64,000 nucleotides of DNA from Eledone cirrhosa (GCA_964016885.1 OZ024743.1:285634001-285698000); one strand, 5' to 3'. Positions 1-16,522 are shown, numbered from the stretch's first letter. A program made the numbers and translations. Notes: generated by a model from the sequence alone, not told the origin.

Positions 1-388
1 GCTACTCCATATAATATTTCTGGATCAAATCATTATAGATCATTATTGATCTGGTTCAGTTGAAGATAATTAACTTGGGTAAAATTGGAGCAGCTCATCA
101 GAACTTCAAAATGAATATAAATTAAATTAAAGTAAAGAAAGAAGGTTACATGAATGTAATGTTCCATATATTGGTATTTCACTCTGGTGTCCTGGGTATA
201 TCTATTGTCTGCAATAGGCGAGCAATATTCTTCTGTCGAGGCTGCATTATGCGAGATCTGCCTATGGGTAACAAGCTGTTATTTTTTCCTAGACAGTAAT
301 CTTGCGAACAGATATCGTCCGCACCCTGTATAAAGTATATATATATATGTATGTATATGTATATATATATGTATGTATATGTATATAA

Positions 389-419
<31 letters not shown>

Positions 420-605
420 TGTGTATGTATATGTATGTATGTATATATATATGTATGTATGTATATATGTGTGTGTGTGTATGTATGTATGTATGTATAT
501 ATGTATGTATGTATATGTATATATGTATGTATATATGTATGTATATATGTATGTATATATGTATGTATATATATATATGTGTATATATATGTGTATATAT
601 ATATG

Positions 606-638
<33 letters not shown>

Positions 639-675
639 GTATATATGTATATATATATATGTATATATATATATG

Positions 676-722
<47 letters not shown>

Positions 723-767
723 GTATATATATATGTATGTATATATATATGTATGTATATATATATG

Positions 768-814
<47 letters not shown>

Positions 815-899
815 GTATATATATATATGTATATATATATATGTATATATATATATGTATATATATATATGTATATATATATATGTATATATATATATG

Positions 900-930
<31 letters not shown>

Positions 931-1117
931 GTATATATATATGTATGTATATATATATGTATGTATATATATATGTATGTATATATATATGTATGTATAT
1001 ATATATGTATGTATATATATATGTATGTATATATATATGTATGTATATATATATGTATATATGTATATATGTATATATGTATATATATATATATGTATAT
1101 ATGTATATATATATATG

Positions 1118-1151
<34 letters not shown>

Positions 1152-1233
1152 TGTATATATATGTATATATGTATATATATGTATATATGTATATATATGT
1201 ATATATATGTATATATGTATATATATGTATATG

Positions 1234-1296
<63 letters not shown>

Positions 1297-1300
1297 GTAT

Positions 1301-1532
1301 CATCATCATCACCGTTTTACGTCCGTTCTTCCACGCTAGCATGGGTTAGACGGGTTGTCCTGTTGTGGGCAGTGTCTGGTCGGCTGACCATGCCTTGCTC
1401 ATACAGGAACTGATCTGGCTTGATTTCTACAGCTGGATGCCCTTCCTAACACCAACCTCATTTACAGTGAGTGCTGGGTGCTTTTTCGTGGCGCCTACAC
1501 GTCCACTTTACAGTGGACGTGTAGGCGCCACG
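1301..1532 (-). mobile_element. 3' fragment of an RTE-tailed retroposon (family B), ending in a fold-back palindrome
   Basis: (CAT)n on + is a (GAT)n tail on -. Matches 35341-35560 and shares the ctacagctggatgcccttcctaacaccaac block with the SINEs and the RTE 3' UTR. Confidence 0.8.
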
Positions 1533-1563
<31 letters not shown>

Positions 1564-1580
1564 GTATATATGTATATATG

Positions 1581-1649
<69 letters not shown>

Positions 1650-1675
1650 GTATGTATATATATATATGTATATAT

Positions 1676-2436
1676 CATCATCATCATCAGGTTTAGCGTC
1701 CGTGTTCCACGCTTGCATGGGTTTGGACGGGGGTTTTCCCACTTGAGGCAAGAGTGGTTGTCTTGCTCGCATAGGACTGTCTGGCGGGTTTTCTACAGTT
1801 GGATGCTCTTCCTAACACCAACCACATTTACAGTGTGGGGCTGGGAGGTTTTTACCGTGTTGCCTACACGGCCACATTACAGCGTGGACTGTCTGGCGGG
1901 TTTTCTACAGCTGGATGCCCTTCCTAACACCAACCACATTTACAGTGTGGGGCTGGGAGGTTTTTACCGTGTTGCCTACACGGCCACATTTACAGCGTGG
2001 ACTGTGTGTTTTTTGTCGTGACACCTACACGATCTCATTTGTTTCGGCCTGGATGTTGTGGGACCAACATAACTTTACATTGAAAGGGGCGGTGTGGGTG
2101 GGGTGGAGGGTGGTGGGACGGGGGTGTGTTTTGATAGAGATGCCTACTGACTGTAGTAGGTTTTTACTTTGTATTTAGGTAAGGCGGGTCTTCTCTATTA
2201 CTGAGTACCGCCAAAGGTCTCGGTCCAGTGACATTGTCTTGGAGAGGTGTAAGCGTGTGAGGTCGGAATTTATCAGCTCGTCCCATGTTTTTCTGGGTCT
2301 GCCTACTCCGTGGCTACCGTCTATCTTTATTGCCCTGCACTTTGTTATACAGCTGTCGTCTTTCATGCGCATCACGTGACCGTACCAACGTAGCCTTCTC
2401 TCGAGTAAACAACATCTGATCCCTCTTATTTCTAAT
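1676..2436 (-). mobile_element. RTE-clade LINE copy 1, strongly 5'-truncated, variant subfamily
   Basis: (GAT)n tail, 3' UTR, and ORF end [24 protein letters not shown]...GRPRKTW (2175-2434). The 3' UTR carries a 112-bp tandem duplication. Confidence 0.9.
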
Positions 2437-2488
2437 ATATATATGTATATATATATATGTATATATATATATGTATATATATATATGT

Positions 2489-2529
<41 letters not shown>

Positions 2530-2622
2530 TATGTATGTATATATATATATGTATGTATATATATATATGTATATATATATATGTATATATATATATGTAT
2601 GTATATATATATATGTATGTAT

Positions 2623-2653
<31 letters not shown>

Positions 2654-2791
2654 TATATGTATATGTATATATATATATGTATATATATATGTATGTATAT
2701 ATATATGTATGTATATATATATGTATGTATATATATATGTATGTATATATATATGTATGTATATATATATGTATGTATATATATATGTATG

Positions 2792-2825
<34 letters not shown>

Positions 2826-2839
2826 TGTATGTATGTATG

Positions 2840-2898
<59 letters not shown>

Positions 2899-2953
2899 GT
2901 ATATATATATGTATATATATATGTATGTATATATATATGTATGTATATATATG

Positions 2954-2990
<37 letters not shown>

Positions 2991-2995
2991 GTATG

Positions 2996-3028
<33 letters not shown>

Positions 3029-3033
3029 GTATG

Positions 3034-3083
<50 letters not shown>

Positions 3084-3137
3084 TGTATATATATATGTAT
3101 GTATATATATATATATATATGTATGTATATATATATG

Positions 3138-3176
<39 letters not shown>

Positions 3177-3205
3177 GTATGTGTATGTATGTATATGTAT
3201 GTATG

Positions 3206-3246
<41 letters not shown>

Positions 3247-3265
3247 GTATGTATATGTATGTATG

Positions 3266-3306
<41 letters not shown>

Positions 3307-3607
3307 GTATATGTATGTATGTATGTATATGTATGTATATGTATGTATATATATGTATGTATGTATGTATGTATATGTATATATGTATGTATATATATAT
3401 GTATGTATGTGTATGTATGTATGTATGTGTATGTATGTATGTATGTATGTATGTATGTATGTGTATGTATGTATGTATATGTATGTATGTATATGTATGT
3501 ATGTATGTATGTATATATATATATATATATGTGTGTGTATATATATATATGTATGTATGTATATATGTATATATATATATGTGTATATATATGTGTATAT
3601 ATATATG

Positions 3608-3638
<31 letters not shown>

Positions 3639-3686
3639 GTGTTTTATATATGTGTATATATATATGTATATATATATATATGTATA

Positions 3687-3731
<45 letters not shown>

Positions 3732-3848
3732 GTATATATATATATATGTATATATATATATGTATATATATATATGTATATATATATATATGTATGTATA
3801 TATATATGTATATATATATATATGTATATATATGTGTATATATATATG

Positions 3849-3879
<31 letters not shown>

Positions 3880-3906
3880 GTATATATATATGTATATATA
3901 TATATG

Positions 3907-3937
<31 letters not shown>

Positions 3938-4060
3938 GTATATATATATGTATATATATATATGTATATATATATATGTATATATATATATATGTATATA
4001 TATATATGTATATATATATATGTATATATATATATGTATATATATATATGTATATATATG

Positions 4061-4091
<31 letters not shown>

Positions 4092-4184
4092 GTATATATA
4101 TGTATATATATATGTATATATATATATGTATATATATATATGTATATATATATATGTATATATATATATGTATATATATATATG

Positions 4185-4215
<31 letters not shown>

Positions 4216-4358
4216 GTATATATATATATGTATATATGTATATATATGTATATATATATGTATATATGTATATGTATATATATATGTGTATATATATATG
4301 TGTATATATATATATGTGTATATGTATATATATATGTGTATATATATATGTGTATATG

Positions 4359-4429
<71 letters not shown>

Positions 4430-5304
4430 GTATATATATATATGTATATATATATATGTATATATATATGTGTATATATATATATGTATATATATATGTG
4501 TATATATATGTATATATATATATGTATATATATATGTGTATATATATATATGTATATATATATGTGTATATATATATGTGTATATATATATGTATATATA
4601 TATGTGTATATATATATGTGTATATATATATGTGTATATATATATGTGTATATATATATGTGTATATATATATGTGTATATATATATGTGTATATATATA
4701 TGTGTATATATATATGTGTATATATATATGTGTATATATATATATGTATATATGTATATATATATGTGTGTATATATATATGTGTATATATATATATGTG
4801 TATATATATATATGTGTATATATATATATGTGTATATATATATATGTGTATATATATATATGTGTATATATATATATGTGTATATATATATATGTGTATA
4901 TATATATGTGTATATATATATGTGTATATATATATGTGTGTATATATATGTGTGTATATATATGTGTGTATATATATATGTGTATATATATGTGTGTATA
5001 TATATGTGTGTATATATGTATGTATGTATGTATATATATATGTATATATATATATGTATGTATATATATATGTATGTATATATATATGTATATATATATA
5101 TATGTATGTATATATATATGTATATATATATATATGTATATATATATATGTATATATATGTATGTATATATATATGTATATATATATATGTATGTATATA
5201 TATATATGTATGTATATATATATATGTATGTATATATATATATGTATGTATATATATATATGTATGTATATATATATATGTATGTATATATATATGTATA
5301 TATG

Positions 5305-5335
<31 letters not shown>

Positions 5336-5338
5336 GTG

Positions 5339-5377
<39 letters not shown>

Positions 5378-5380
5378 GTG

Positions 5381-5419
<39 letters not shown>

Positions 5420-5558
5420 GTGTATATATATATATGTATATATATGTATATATATATATATATGTGTATATATATATATGTGTATATATATATATGTATA
5501 TATATATATATGTATATATATATATGTGTATATATATATATGTGTATATATATATATG

Positions 5559-5589
<31 letters not shown>

Positions 5590-5694
5590 GTATATATATA
5601 TATGTATATATATATGTATATATATATATGTATATATATATGTATATATATGTATATATATATATATATGTGTATATATATATATGTATATATG

Positions 5695-5725
<31 letters not shown>

Positions 5726-5854
5726 GTATATATATATATGTATATATATGTATATATGTGTATATATATATATGTATATATATATATATGTATATATATG
5801 TATATATATATATATGTATATATATGTATATATATATGTATGTATATATATATG

Positions 5855-5946
<92 letters not shown>

Positions 5947-5968
5947 TATATATACATATATATATATG

Positions 5969-6031
<63 letters not shown>

Positions 6032-6076
6032 GTATATATATATATGTATATATATATATATGTATATATATATATG

Positions 6077-6131
<55 letters not shown>

Positions 6132-6168
6132 GTATGTATATATATATGTATGTATATATATATATATG

Positions 6169-6279
<111 letters not shown>

Positions 6280-6451
6280 GTATGTATATATATATGTATA
6301 TATATATGTATGTATATATATATGTATGTGTATATATATATGTATGTATATATATATGTATGTATATATATATGTATGTATATATATATGTGTATATATA
6401 TATGTATGTATATATGTGTATATATATATGTATGTATATATATGTGTATAT

Positions 6452-8437
6452 CATCATCATCATCATCATCAACGTTTAACGTCCGTGTTCCACGCTTGCA
6501 TGGGTTTGGACGGGGGTAGTCCCACTTGAGGCAAGAGTGATTGTCTTGCTCGCATAGGACTGTCTGGCAGGTTTTCTACAGTTGGATGCCCTTCCTAACA
6601 CCAACCACATTTACAGTGTGGGTCTGGGAGGTTTTTACCGTGTTGCCTACACGGCCACATTACAGCGTGGACTGTGTGTTTTTTTGTCGTGACACCTACA
6701 CGATCTCATTTGTTTCGGCCCGGATGGCGCGGCACCAACATAACTTTACATAGGACGGGGTGGTGTGGATGGGGTGGGGGTGGTGGTGGTGGGACGGGGT
6801 GTATTTTGTTAGAGATGCCTACTGGCAAGGCGGGTCTTCTCTGTTACTGAGTACCGCCAAAGGTCTCGGTCCAGTGACATTGTCTTGGAGAGGTGTAAGT
6901 GTGTGAGGTCGGAGTTTATCAGCTCGTCCCAGGTTTTTCTAGGTCTGCCTATTCCGTGGCTACCGTCTATCTTTATTGCCCTGCACTTTGTTATACAGCT
7001 ATCGACTTTCATGCGCATCACGTGTCCATACCAACGTAGCCTTCTCTCGAGTAAACAACATCTGATCCCTCTTATCTCTAATTTTTTCCTTAGTTCGTTT
7101 ATGCTTTGCCGTTCACGTATATTACTGTTACACATCCAGCGGAGCATGCAAGCTTCGTTCCTCTCTAGTCTGCGTATATCCTCTGCACACAATGCCCAGG
7201 TCTCACTGCCATGCAACATTGCTGTTCGTATGCAGGCATCGTACAACCTGCCTTTCATTTTTAGGGAGAACCCTTTAGCAGCTAATAGTGGTATAAGCTC
7301 TCTGAACTTTTTCCAACCAGTTCTGACTCTAGCTACAGTACTTTCAGAGCACCCTCCCCCACTGCTGATTTTATCGCCCAGGTAACGGAAGCTGTCCACT
7401 ATTTCTATAGAACCCTCTGCGCAATTGAAAGAGCTAGTATTGTGTGGGCACTTGCTGCTACTTATTGCACCAGAACACCGGCCACATGTAAAATCTATGT
7501 TCTTAGTTAGCTTACCTGTGATCCCACTACATCTTTTATGCACCCATACTTTGCATTTAGGACACAAAATGGAGTTTCTACCTACGCCTTTCCTACACAC
7601 CGAGCACGACCATTTCCCAGAAGGGACCGCCGCCTTGTTTTCTTTCCTACAAACTAGAACTTTGGTCTTAGCCAGGTTAATTTTAAGTCCTTTTGACTCT
7701 AGGCCGTGCTTCCATGTTTGGAATTTCTTCTCTAGCTCGGCCATTGATTCCGCTATGAGTGTCAGGTCGTCTGCGTATAGGAGTTCCCATGGGCAGCCTG
7801 TCTTGAACTCCTCTGTTATAGCCTGAAGGGCAATAATAAATAGTAGGGGGCTGAGAACAGAGCCCTGATGGACGCCAACTTTTACGCTAAACTCTTCACT
7901 ATATTCGTTGTTAATTCTAACCTTGCTGACTGTTTCTTTATACATGGCTTGTATAGCCCTCACAAGCCATTCGTCAACGCCTAGTTTTCTAAGAGCCCAC
8001 CAGATAATGGAGCGGGGGACTCTGTCGAAGGCTTTCTCCAAGTCGACAAAAGCTAAGTAAAGGGGTTTACCTTTAGCTAGGTACTTCTCCTGTAGTTGTC
8101 GTACTATGAAAGAGCGTCTGTGGTACTTTTGCCTGACACAAACCCGAACTGCATTTCATCTAGGTCAATTCTCTCTCTGATTAGTTGCGCTATTACTTTT
8201 TCTGTGACCTTCATGACCTGGTCGATTAATTTAATGCCTCTATAGTTACTCCTATCTAGGGCGTCTCCTTTACCCTTATAACAGTTAACGATGATGCTGC
8301 TATGCCAGTCCTTTGGAACAACCCCATTCTGTACGACTTGGTTAACTATGCGGGTGACCATGGTGTGTCCCACCGTGCCAGATGCCTTCAGCATCTCAGC
8401 AACTATTTCCGAAGGCCCAGCCGCCTTACCTGTCTTC
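6452..8437 (-). mobile_element. RTE-clade LINE copy 2, 5'-truncated and frameshifted
   Basis: ORFs 8104-8394 and 6809-8041 carry RT motifs ([28 protein letters not shown]). Compared with copy 3 there is a 1-nt deletion near 8108 and a deletion spanning the stop codon near 6825. Confidence 0.93.
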
Positions 8438-8545
8438 TATATATATGTATATATATATGTGTATATATATATGTGTATATATATATGTGTATATATATAT
8501 GTGTATATATATATGTGTATATATATATGTATATATATATATGTG

Positions 8546-8645
<100 letters not shown>

Positions 8646-9106
8646 TATGTATGTATATATATATATGTATGTATATATATATATGTATATATATGTATGT
8701 ATATATATATATGTATATATATATATGTATATATATGTATGTATATATATATGTATATATATATATGTATATATATATGTATGTATATATATATATGTAT
8801 ATATATATATGTATATATATATGTATATATATATGTGTATATATATATGTATATATATATATGTGTATATATATATGTATATATATATATGTGTATATAT
8901 ATATATGTATATATATATATGTATATATATATATGTATATATATATATGTATATATATATATGTATATATATATATGTATATATATATATGTATATGTAT
9001 ATATGTATGTATATATATATATGTATATATATATATGTATATATATATATGTATATATATATATGTATATATATATATGTATATGTATATATATATATGT
9101 ATATAT

Positions 9107-11065
9107 CATCATCATCATCATCAGCGTTTAACGTCCGTGTTCCACGCTTGCATGGGTTTGGACGGGGGTAGTCCCACTTGAGGCAAGAGTGATTGTCTTG
9201 CTCGCATAGGACTGTCTGGCAGGTTTTCTACAGTTGGATGCCCTTCCTAACACCAACCACATTTACAGTGTGGGTCTGGGAGGTTTTTACCGTGTTGCCT
9301 ACACGGCCACATTACAGCGTGGACTGTGTGTTTTTTTGTCGTGACACCTACACGATCTCATTTGTTTCGGCCTCGATGGCGCGGCACCAACATAACTTTA
9401 CATAGAACGGGGTGGTGTGGATCGGGTGGGGGTGGTGGGACGGGGTGTATTTGTTAGAGATGCCTACTGGCTGGAGTAGGTTTTACTATATATTTAGGTA
9501 AGGCGGGTCTTCTCTGTTACTGAGTACCGCCAAAGGTCTCGGTCCAGTGACATTGTCTTGGAGAGGTGTAAGTGTGTGATGTCGGAGTTTATCAGCTCGT
9601 CCCAGGTTTTTCTAGGTCTGCCTATTCCGTGACTACCGTCTATCTTTATTGCCCTGCACTTTGTTATACAGCTATCGACTTTCATGCGCATCACGTGTCC
9701 ATACCAACGTAGCCTTCTCTCGAGTAAACAACATCTGATCCCTCTTATCTCTAATTTATTCCTTAGTTCGTTTATGCTTTGCCGTTCACGTATATTACTG
9801 TTACACATCCAGCGGAGCATGCAAGCTTCGTTCCTCTCTAGTCTGCGTATATCCTCTGCACACAATGCCCAGGTCTCACTGCCATGCAGCATTGCTGTTC
9901 GTATGCAGGCATCGTACAACCTGCCTTTCATTTTTAGTGAGAACCCTTTAGCAGCTAATAGTGGTATAAGCTCTCTGAACTTTTTCCAACCAGTTCTGAC
10001 TCTAGCTACAGTACTTTCAGAGCACCCTCCCCCACTGCTGATTTTATCGCCCAGGTAACGGAAGCTGTCCACTATTTCTATAGAACCCTCTGCGCAATTG
10101 AAAGAGCTAGTAGTTTGTGGGCACTTGCTGCTACTTATTGCACCAGAGCACCGGCCACATGTAAAATCTATGTTCTTAGTTAGCCTACCTGTGATCCCAC
10201 TACATCTTTTATGCACCCATACTTTGCATTTAGGACATAAAATGGAGTTTCTACCTACGCCTTTCCTACACACCGAGCACGACCATTTCCCAGAAGGGAC
10301 CGCCGCCTTGTTTTCTTTCCTACAAACTAGTACTTTGGTCTTAGCCAGGTTAATTTTAAGTCCTTTTGACTCTAGGCCGTGCTTCCATGTTTGGAATTTC
10401 TTCTCTAGCTCGGCCATTGATTCCGCTATGAGTGTCAGGTCGTCTGCGTATAGGAGTTCCCATGGGCAGCCTGTCTTGAACTCCTCTGTTATGGCCTGAA
10501 GGGCAATAATAAATAGTAGTGGACTGAGAACAGAGCCCTGATGGACGCCGACTTTTACGCTAAACTCTTCACTATATTCGTTGTTAATTCTAACCTTGCT
10601 GACTGTTTCTTTATACATGGCTTGTATAGCCCTCACAAGCCATTCGTCAACGCCTAGTTTTCTAAGAGCCCACCAGATAATGGAGCGGGGGACTCTGTCG
10701 AAGGCTTTCTCCAAGTCGACAAAAGCTAAGTAGAGGGGTTTACCTTTAGCTAGGTACTTCTCTTGTAGTTGTCGTACTATGAAAAGAGCGTCTGTGGTAC
10801 TTTTGCCTGACACAAACCCGAACTGCATTTCATCTAGGTCAATTCTCTCTCTGATTAGTTGCGCTATTACTCTTTCCGTGACCTTCATGACCTGGTCGAT
10901 TAATTTAATGCCTCTATAGTTACTCCTATCTAGGGCGTCTCCTTTACCCTTATAACAGTTAACGATGATGCTGCTATGCCAGTCCTTCGGAACAACCCCG
11001 TTTTGTACGACTTGGTTAACTATGCGGGTGACCATGGTGTGTCCCACCGTGCCAGATGCCTTCAG
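9107..11065 (-). mobile_element. RTE-clade LINE copy 3, 5'-truncated
   Basis: (GAT)n tail, ~370-bp 3' UTR, and an uninterrupted RT ORF to 9494. Confidence 0.95.
9494..11047 (-). CDS. RTE reverse transcriptase (partial, no endonuclease) with an embedded PHD-type zinc finger
   Basis: RT motifs including YADD and FRYLG; CSVC...CPKC...HKRC...CGRC (C4HC3); C-terminal RLRWYGHV...GRPRKTW typical of the RTE clade. Confidence 0.88.
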   Translation of the reverse strand: MGHTMVTRIVNQVVQNGVVPKDWHSSIIVNCYKGKGDALDRSNYRGIKLIDQVMKVTERVIAQLIRERIDLDEMQFGFVSGKSTTDALFIVRQLQEKYLAKGKPLYLAFVDLEKAFDRVPRSIIWWALRKLGVDEWLVRAIQAMYKETVSKVRINNEYSEEFSVKVGVHQGSVLSPLLFIIALQAITEEFKTGCPWELLYADDLTLIAESMAELEKKFQTWKHGLESKGLKINLAKTKVLVCRKENKAAVPSGKWSCSVCRKGVGRNSILCPKCKVWVHKRCSGITGRLTKNIDFTCGRCSGAISSSKCPQTTSSFNCAEGSIEIVDSFRYLGDKISSGGGCSESTVARVRTGWKKFRELIPLLAAKGFSLKMKGRLYDACIRTAMLHGSETWALCAEDIRRLERNEACMLRWMCNSNIRERQSINELRNKLEIRGIRCCLLERRLRWYGHVMRMKVDSCITKCRAIKIDGSHGIGRPRKTWDELINSDITHLHLSKTMSLDRDLWRYSVTEKTRLT

Positions 11066-11303
11066 TATATATATATATGTATATATATATATGTATATAT
11101 ATATATGTATATATATATATGTATATATATATATGTATATATATATATGTATATATATATATGTATATATATATATGTATATATATATATGTATATATAT
11201 ATATGTATATATATATATGTATATATATATATGTATATATATATGTATATATATATATATGTATATATATATATGTATATATATATATGTATATATATAT
11301 ATG

Positions 11304-11350
<47 letters not shown>

Positions 11351-11480
11351 GTATATATATATATGTATATATATATATGTATATATATATATGTATATAT
11401 ATATATGTATATATATATATGTATATATATATATATGTATATATATATATGTGTATATATATATGTATATATATATATGT

Positions 11481-11521
<41 letters not shown>

Positions 11522-11594
11522 TATGTATGTATGTATATATGTATGTATGTATATATATATGTATATATATATATGTATATATATATATGTATGT

Positions 11595-11635
<41 letters not shown>

Positions 11636-11670
11636 TATGTATGTATATATATATGTATGTATATATATGT

Positions 11671-11708
<38 letters not shown>

Positions 11709-11715
11709 GTATGTA

Positions 11716-11748
<33 letters not shown>

Positions 11749-11848
11749 ATATGTATGTATATATATATGTATGTATATATGTATGTATATATATATGTAT
11801 GTATATATATATGTATGTATATATGTATATATGTATGTATGTATGTAT

Positions 11849-12457
11849 GTCAGGTCACCAGTTGGTGCTACTGGTAACATGTATCCCAGTACAACCTGTC
11901 CCATGGTCGGGTCGTTGGCGACTAAACTGGCAACCCCACCAAGGTTTCTTGGTGAGGAGGGTGACTTTGGACATCCTGCAGGACTAAAAACAAAACCTGT
12001 CAAAGGGCAAAGGAGCTCTTAAGAGTCAATGGCCATCCAAAATCACCGGGAGAGATGACCCCTTAGCCTTTGTCAAGGCAGAATTCTAGGAGAAGGAAAA
12101 CTCTGATATAACACCTGCAACCCTGATGGTATCCAATGATGTTGACTTGTTCTTCTTTTTGGTAAATATCATCTTGGTTAAGAGAGTGGGACTGGCTTTG
12201 TGCAGTGCCTTTGCTCACTATAAAAGCTTCACGGCACAGGCATTGCTTTATATCTGGAGATCTCTCTGCACTTGTCGTCACATGGTACCATGGGCCCAGC
12301 ACTATGTGTCAATAATTGTCACAAGTGTAGTGTTTGTACCAGAGTTTTCAAGTCACTGGCTGGACTAAAAAGTCACACTCGTTCAGCGCATCGGTAGGGG
12401 TTCTCCTACATGGATATAAAGTAGTGGCCGTACTCGAAAACGAGTTGGCAGCCACCA
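11849..12457 (+). mobile_element. ~605-bp non-coding, non-autonomous element, copy 1
   Basis: Three near-identical copies with the same ends. Contains ctaggagaaggaaaactctgat, which I recall from RTE/BovB 5' UTRs, and a 3'-terminal hairpin. Confidence 0.8.
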
Positions 12458-12527
12458 TGTATGTATATATGTATGTATATGTATGTATATATATATATGT
12501 ATGTATATATGTATGTATATATATATG

Positions 12528-12616
<89 letters not shown>

Positions 12617-12621
12617 GTATG

Positions 12622-12652
<31 letters not shown>

Positions 12653-12729
12653 GTATGTATATATATATGTATGTATGTATATATATATGTATGTATGTAT
12701 ATATATATGTATGTATGTATATATATATG

Positions 12730-12812
<83 letters not shown>

Positions 12813-12875
12813 GTATATATATGTATATATATGTATATATATGTATATATATGTATATATATATATATATGTATG

Positions 12876-12938
<63 letters not shown>

Positions 12939-12953
12939 GTATATATATGTATG

Positions 12954-12984
<31 letters not shown>

Positions 12985-13081
12985 GTATGTATATATATAT
13001 GTATGTATATATACATGTATGTATATATATATGTATGTATATATATATGTATGTATATATATATGTATATATATATGTATG

Positions 13082-13137
<56 letters not shown>

Positions 13138-13308
13138 TGTATGGATATATACATGTATGTATATATACATGTATGTATATATATATGTATGTATATATAT
13201 ATGTATGTATATATATATGTATATATATATGTATGTATATATGTATGTATGTATATATATGTATGTATATATGTATGTATGTATATATATGTATGTATAT
13301 ATGTATGT

Positions 13309-13381
<73 letters not shown>

Positions 13382-13385
13382 TATG

Positions 13386-13421
<36 letters not shown>

Positions 13422-13437
13422 TATGTATATATATATG

Positions 13438-13468
<31 letters not shown>

Positions 13469-13613
13469 GTATATATATATATGTATATATATATATGTAT
13501 ATATATATATGTATATATATATGTATATATATATATGTATATATATATGTATATATATATGTATATATATATATGTATATATATATGTATATATATATGT
13601 ATATATATATATG

Positions 13614-13653
<40 letters not shown>

Positions 13654-13986
13654 TGTATGTATGTATATGTATGTATGTATATGTATGTATGTATATGTAT
13701 GTATGTATGTATATATATGTATATATGTATATATATATATATATGTGTATATATATATATGTATATATGTATGTATGTATATATATATATATGTGTATAT
13801 ATATATATGTATATATGTATGTATATATATATATATGTGTATATATATATATGTATATATGTATGTATGTATATATATATATATGTGTATATATATATAT
13901 GTATATATGTATGTATGTATATATATATATATAGTATATGTATATATATATATGTATATATATATATATGTATATATATGTATATG

Positions 13987-14055
<69 letters not shown>

Positions 14056-14076
14056 GTATATATATGTATATATATG

Positions 14077-14143
<67 letters not shown>

Positions 14144-14154
14144 GTATATATATG

Positions 14155-14215
<61 letters not shown>

Positions 14216-14322
14216 GTATATATATATATGTATATATATATATGTATATATATATATGTATATATATATATGTATATATATGTATATATATATATGTATA
14301 TATATGTATATATGTATATATG

Positions 14323-14371
<49 letters not shown>

Positions 14372-14372
14372 G

Positions 14373-14423
<51 letters not shown>

Positions 14424-14500
14424 GTATATATATGTATATGTATGTATATATATATATATGTATATATATGTATGTATATATATATATATGTATATATATG

Positions 14501-14531
<31 letters not shown>

Positions 14532-14536
14532 GTATG

Positions 14537-14589
<53 letters not shown>

Positions 14590-14684
14590 GTATATATATG
14601 TATATGTATGTATATATATATATATATGTATATATATGTATATATATGTATATATATATATATATCTATGTATATATATGTATG

Positions 14685-14715
<31 letters not shown>

Positions 14716-14746
14716 GTATATATATATATGTATATATATATGTATG

Positions 14747-14881
<135 letters not shown>

Positions 14882-14920
14882 GTATATGTGTATATGTATA
14901 TATGTATATATGTATATATG

Positions 14921-14951
<31 letters not shown>

Positions 14952-14990
14952 GTATATGTGTATATGTATATATGTATATATGTATATATG

Positions 14991-15023
<33 letters not shown>

Positions 15024-15042
15024 GTATATATATGTATATATG

Positions 15043-15091
<49 letters not shown>

Positions 15092-15106
15092 GTATATATA
15101 TATATG

Positions 15107-15185
<79 letters not shown>

Positions 15186-15200
15186 GTATATATATATATG

Positions 15201-15295
<95 letters not shown>

Positions 15296-15302
15296 GTATA
15301 TG

Positions 15303-15385
<83 letters not shown>

Positions 15386-15400
15386 GTATATATATATATG

Positions 15401-15463
<63 letters not shown>

Positions 15464-15478
15464 GTATATATATATATG

Positions 15479-15541
<63 letters not shown>

Positions 15542-15556
15542 GTATATATATATATG

Positions 15557-15621
<65 letters not shown>

Positions 15622-15640
15622 GTGTATATATATATATGTA

Positions 15641-15861
<221 letters not shown>

Positions 15862-15894
15862 GTATATGTATATATATATATGTATATATATATG

Positions 15895-15927
<33 letters not shown>

Positions 15928-15959
15928 GTATATATATTATATATGTATATATATATATG

Positions 15960-16006
<47 letters not shown>

Positions 16007-16017
16007 GTATATATATG

Positions 16018-16116
<99 letters not shown>

Positions 16117-16155
16117 GTGTATATATATATATATGTGTATATATGTGTATATATG

Positions 16156-16188
<33 letters not shown>

Positions 16189-16231
16189 GTATATATATAT
16201 GTATATATATATATATATATGTATATATATG

Positions 16232-16264
<33 letters not shown>

Positions 16265-16296
16265 GTATATATATTTATGTATATATATATGTATGT

Positions 16297-16330
<34 letters not shown>

Positions 16331-16475
16331 GTATATGTATATGTATATATATATGTATATATATATATGTATATATATATATGTATATATATATATGTAT
16401 ATATGTATATGTATATATATATATGTATATATGTATATATATATATGTATATATGTATATGTATATATGTATATG

Positions 16476-16522
<47 letters not shown>

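Noticed and set aside
179-327. Possible terminal exon on - (GADDICSQ...RTPE) after an AG acceptor
   Set aside because: No recognisable protein similarity, and the boundary equally resembles a transposon TIR.
6753-6800. G-rich, G-quadruplex-prone tract in the RTE 3' UTR (cDNA strand)
   Set aside because: It varies in length between copies and no truncation maps to it; there is no functional evidence.
6885-7826. Antisense ORFs over the RTE (repeated in other copies and over the CR1)
   Set aside because: These are shadow frames opposite the RT ORFs, with no domain motifs.
11849-11950. Definite HDV-like or twister ribozyme in the ~605-bp element
   Set aside because: Only partial motifs are present (gtcg-ttgg-cga-ctaa-actgg; gtccca...gaggaggg). 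I could not close the P1/P3 pairings, so it is kept only as a hypothesis.
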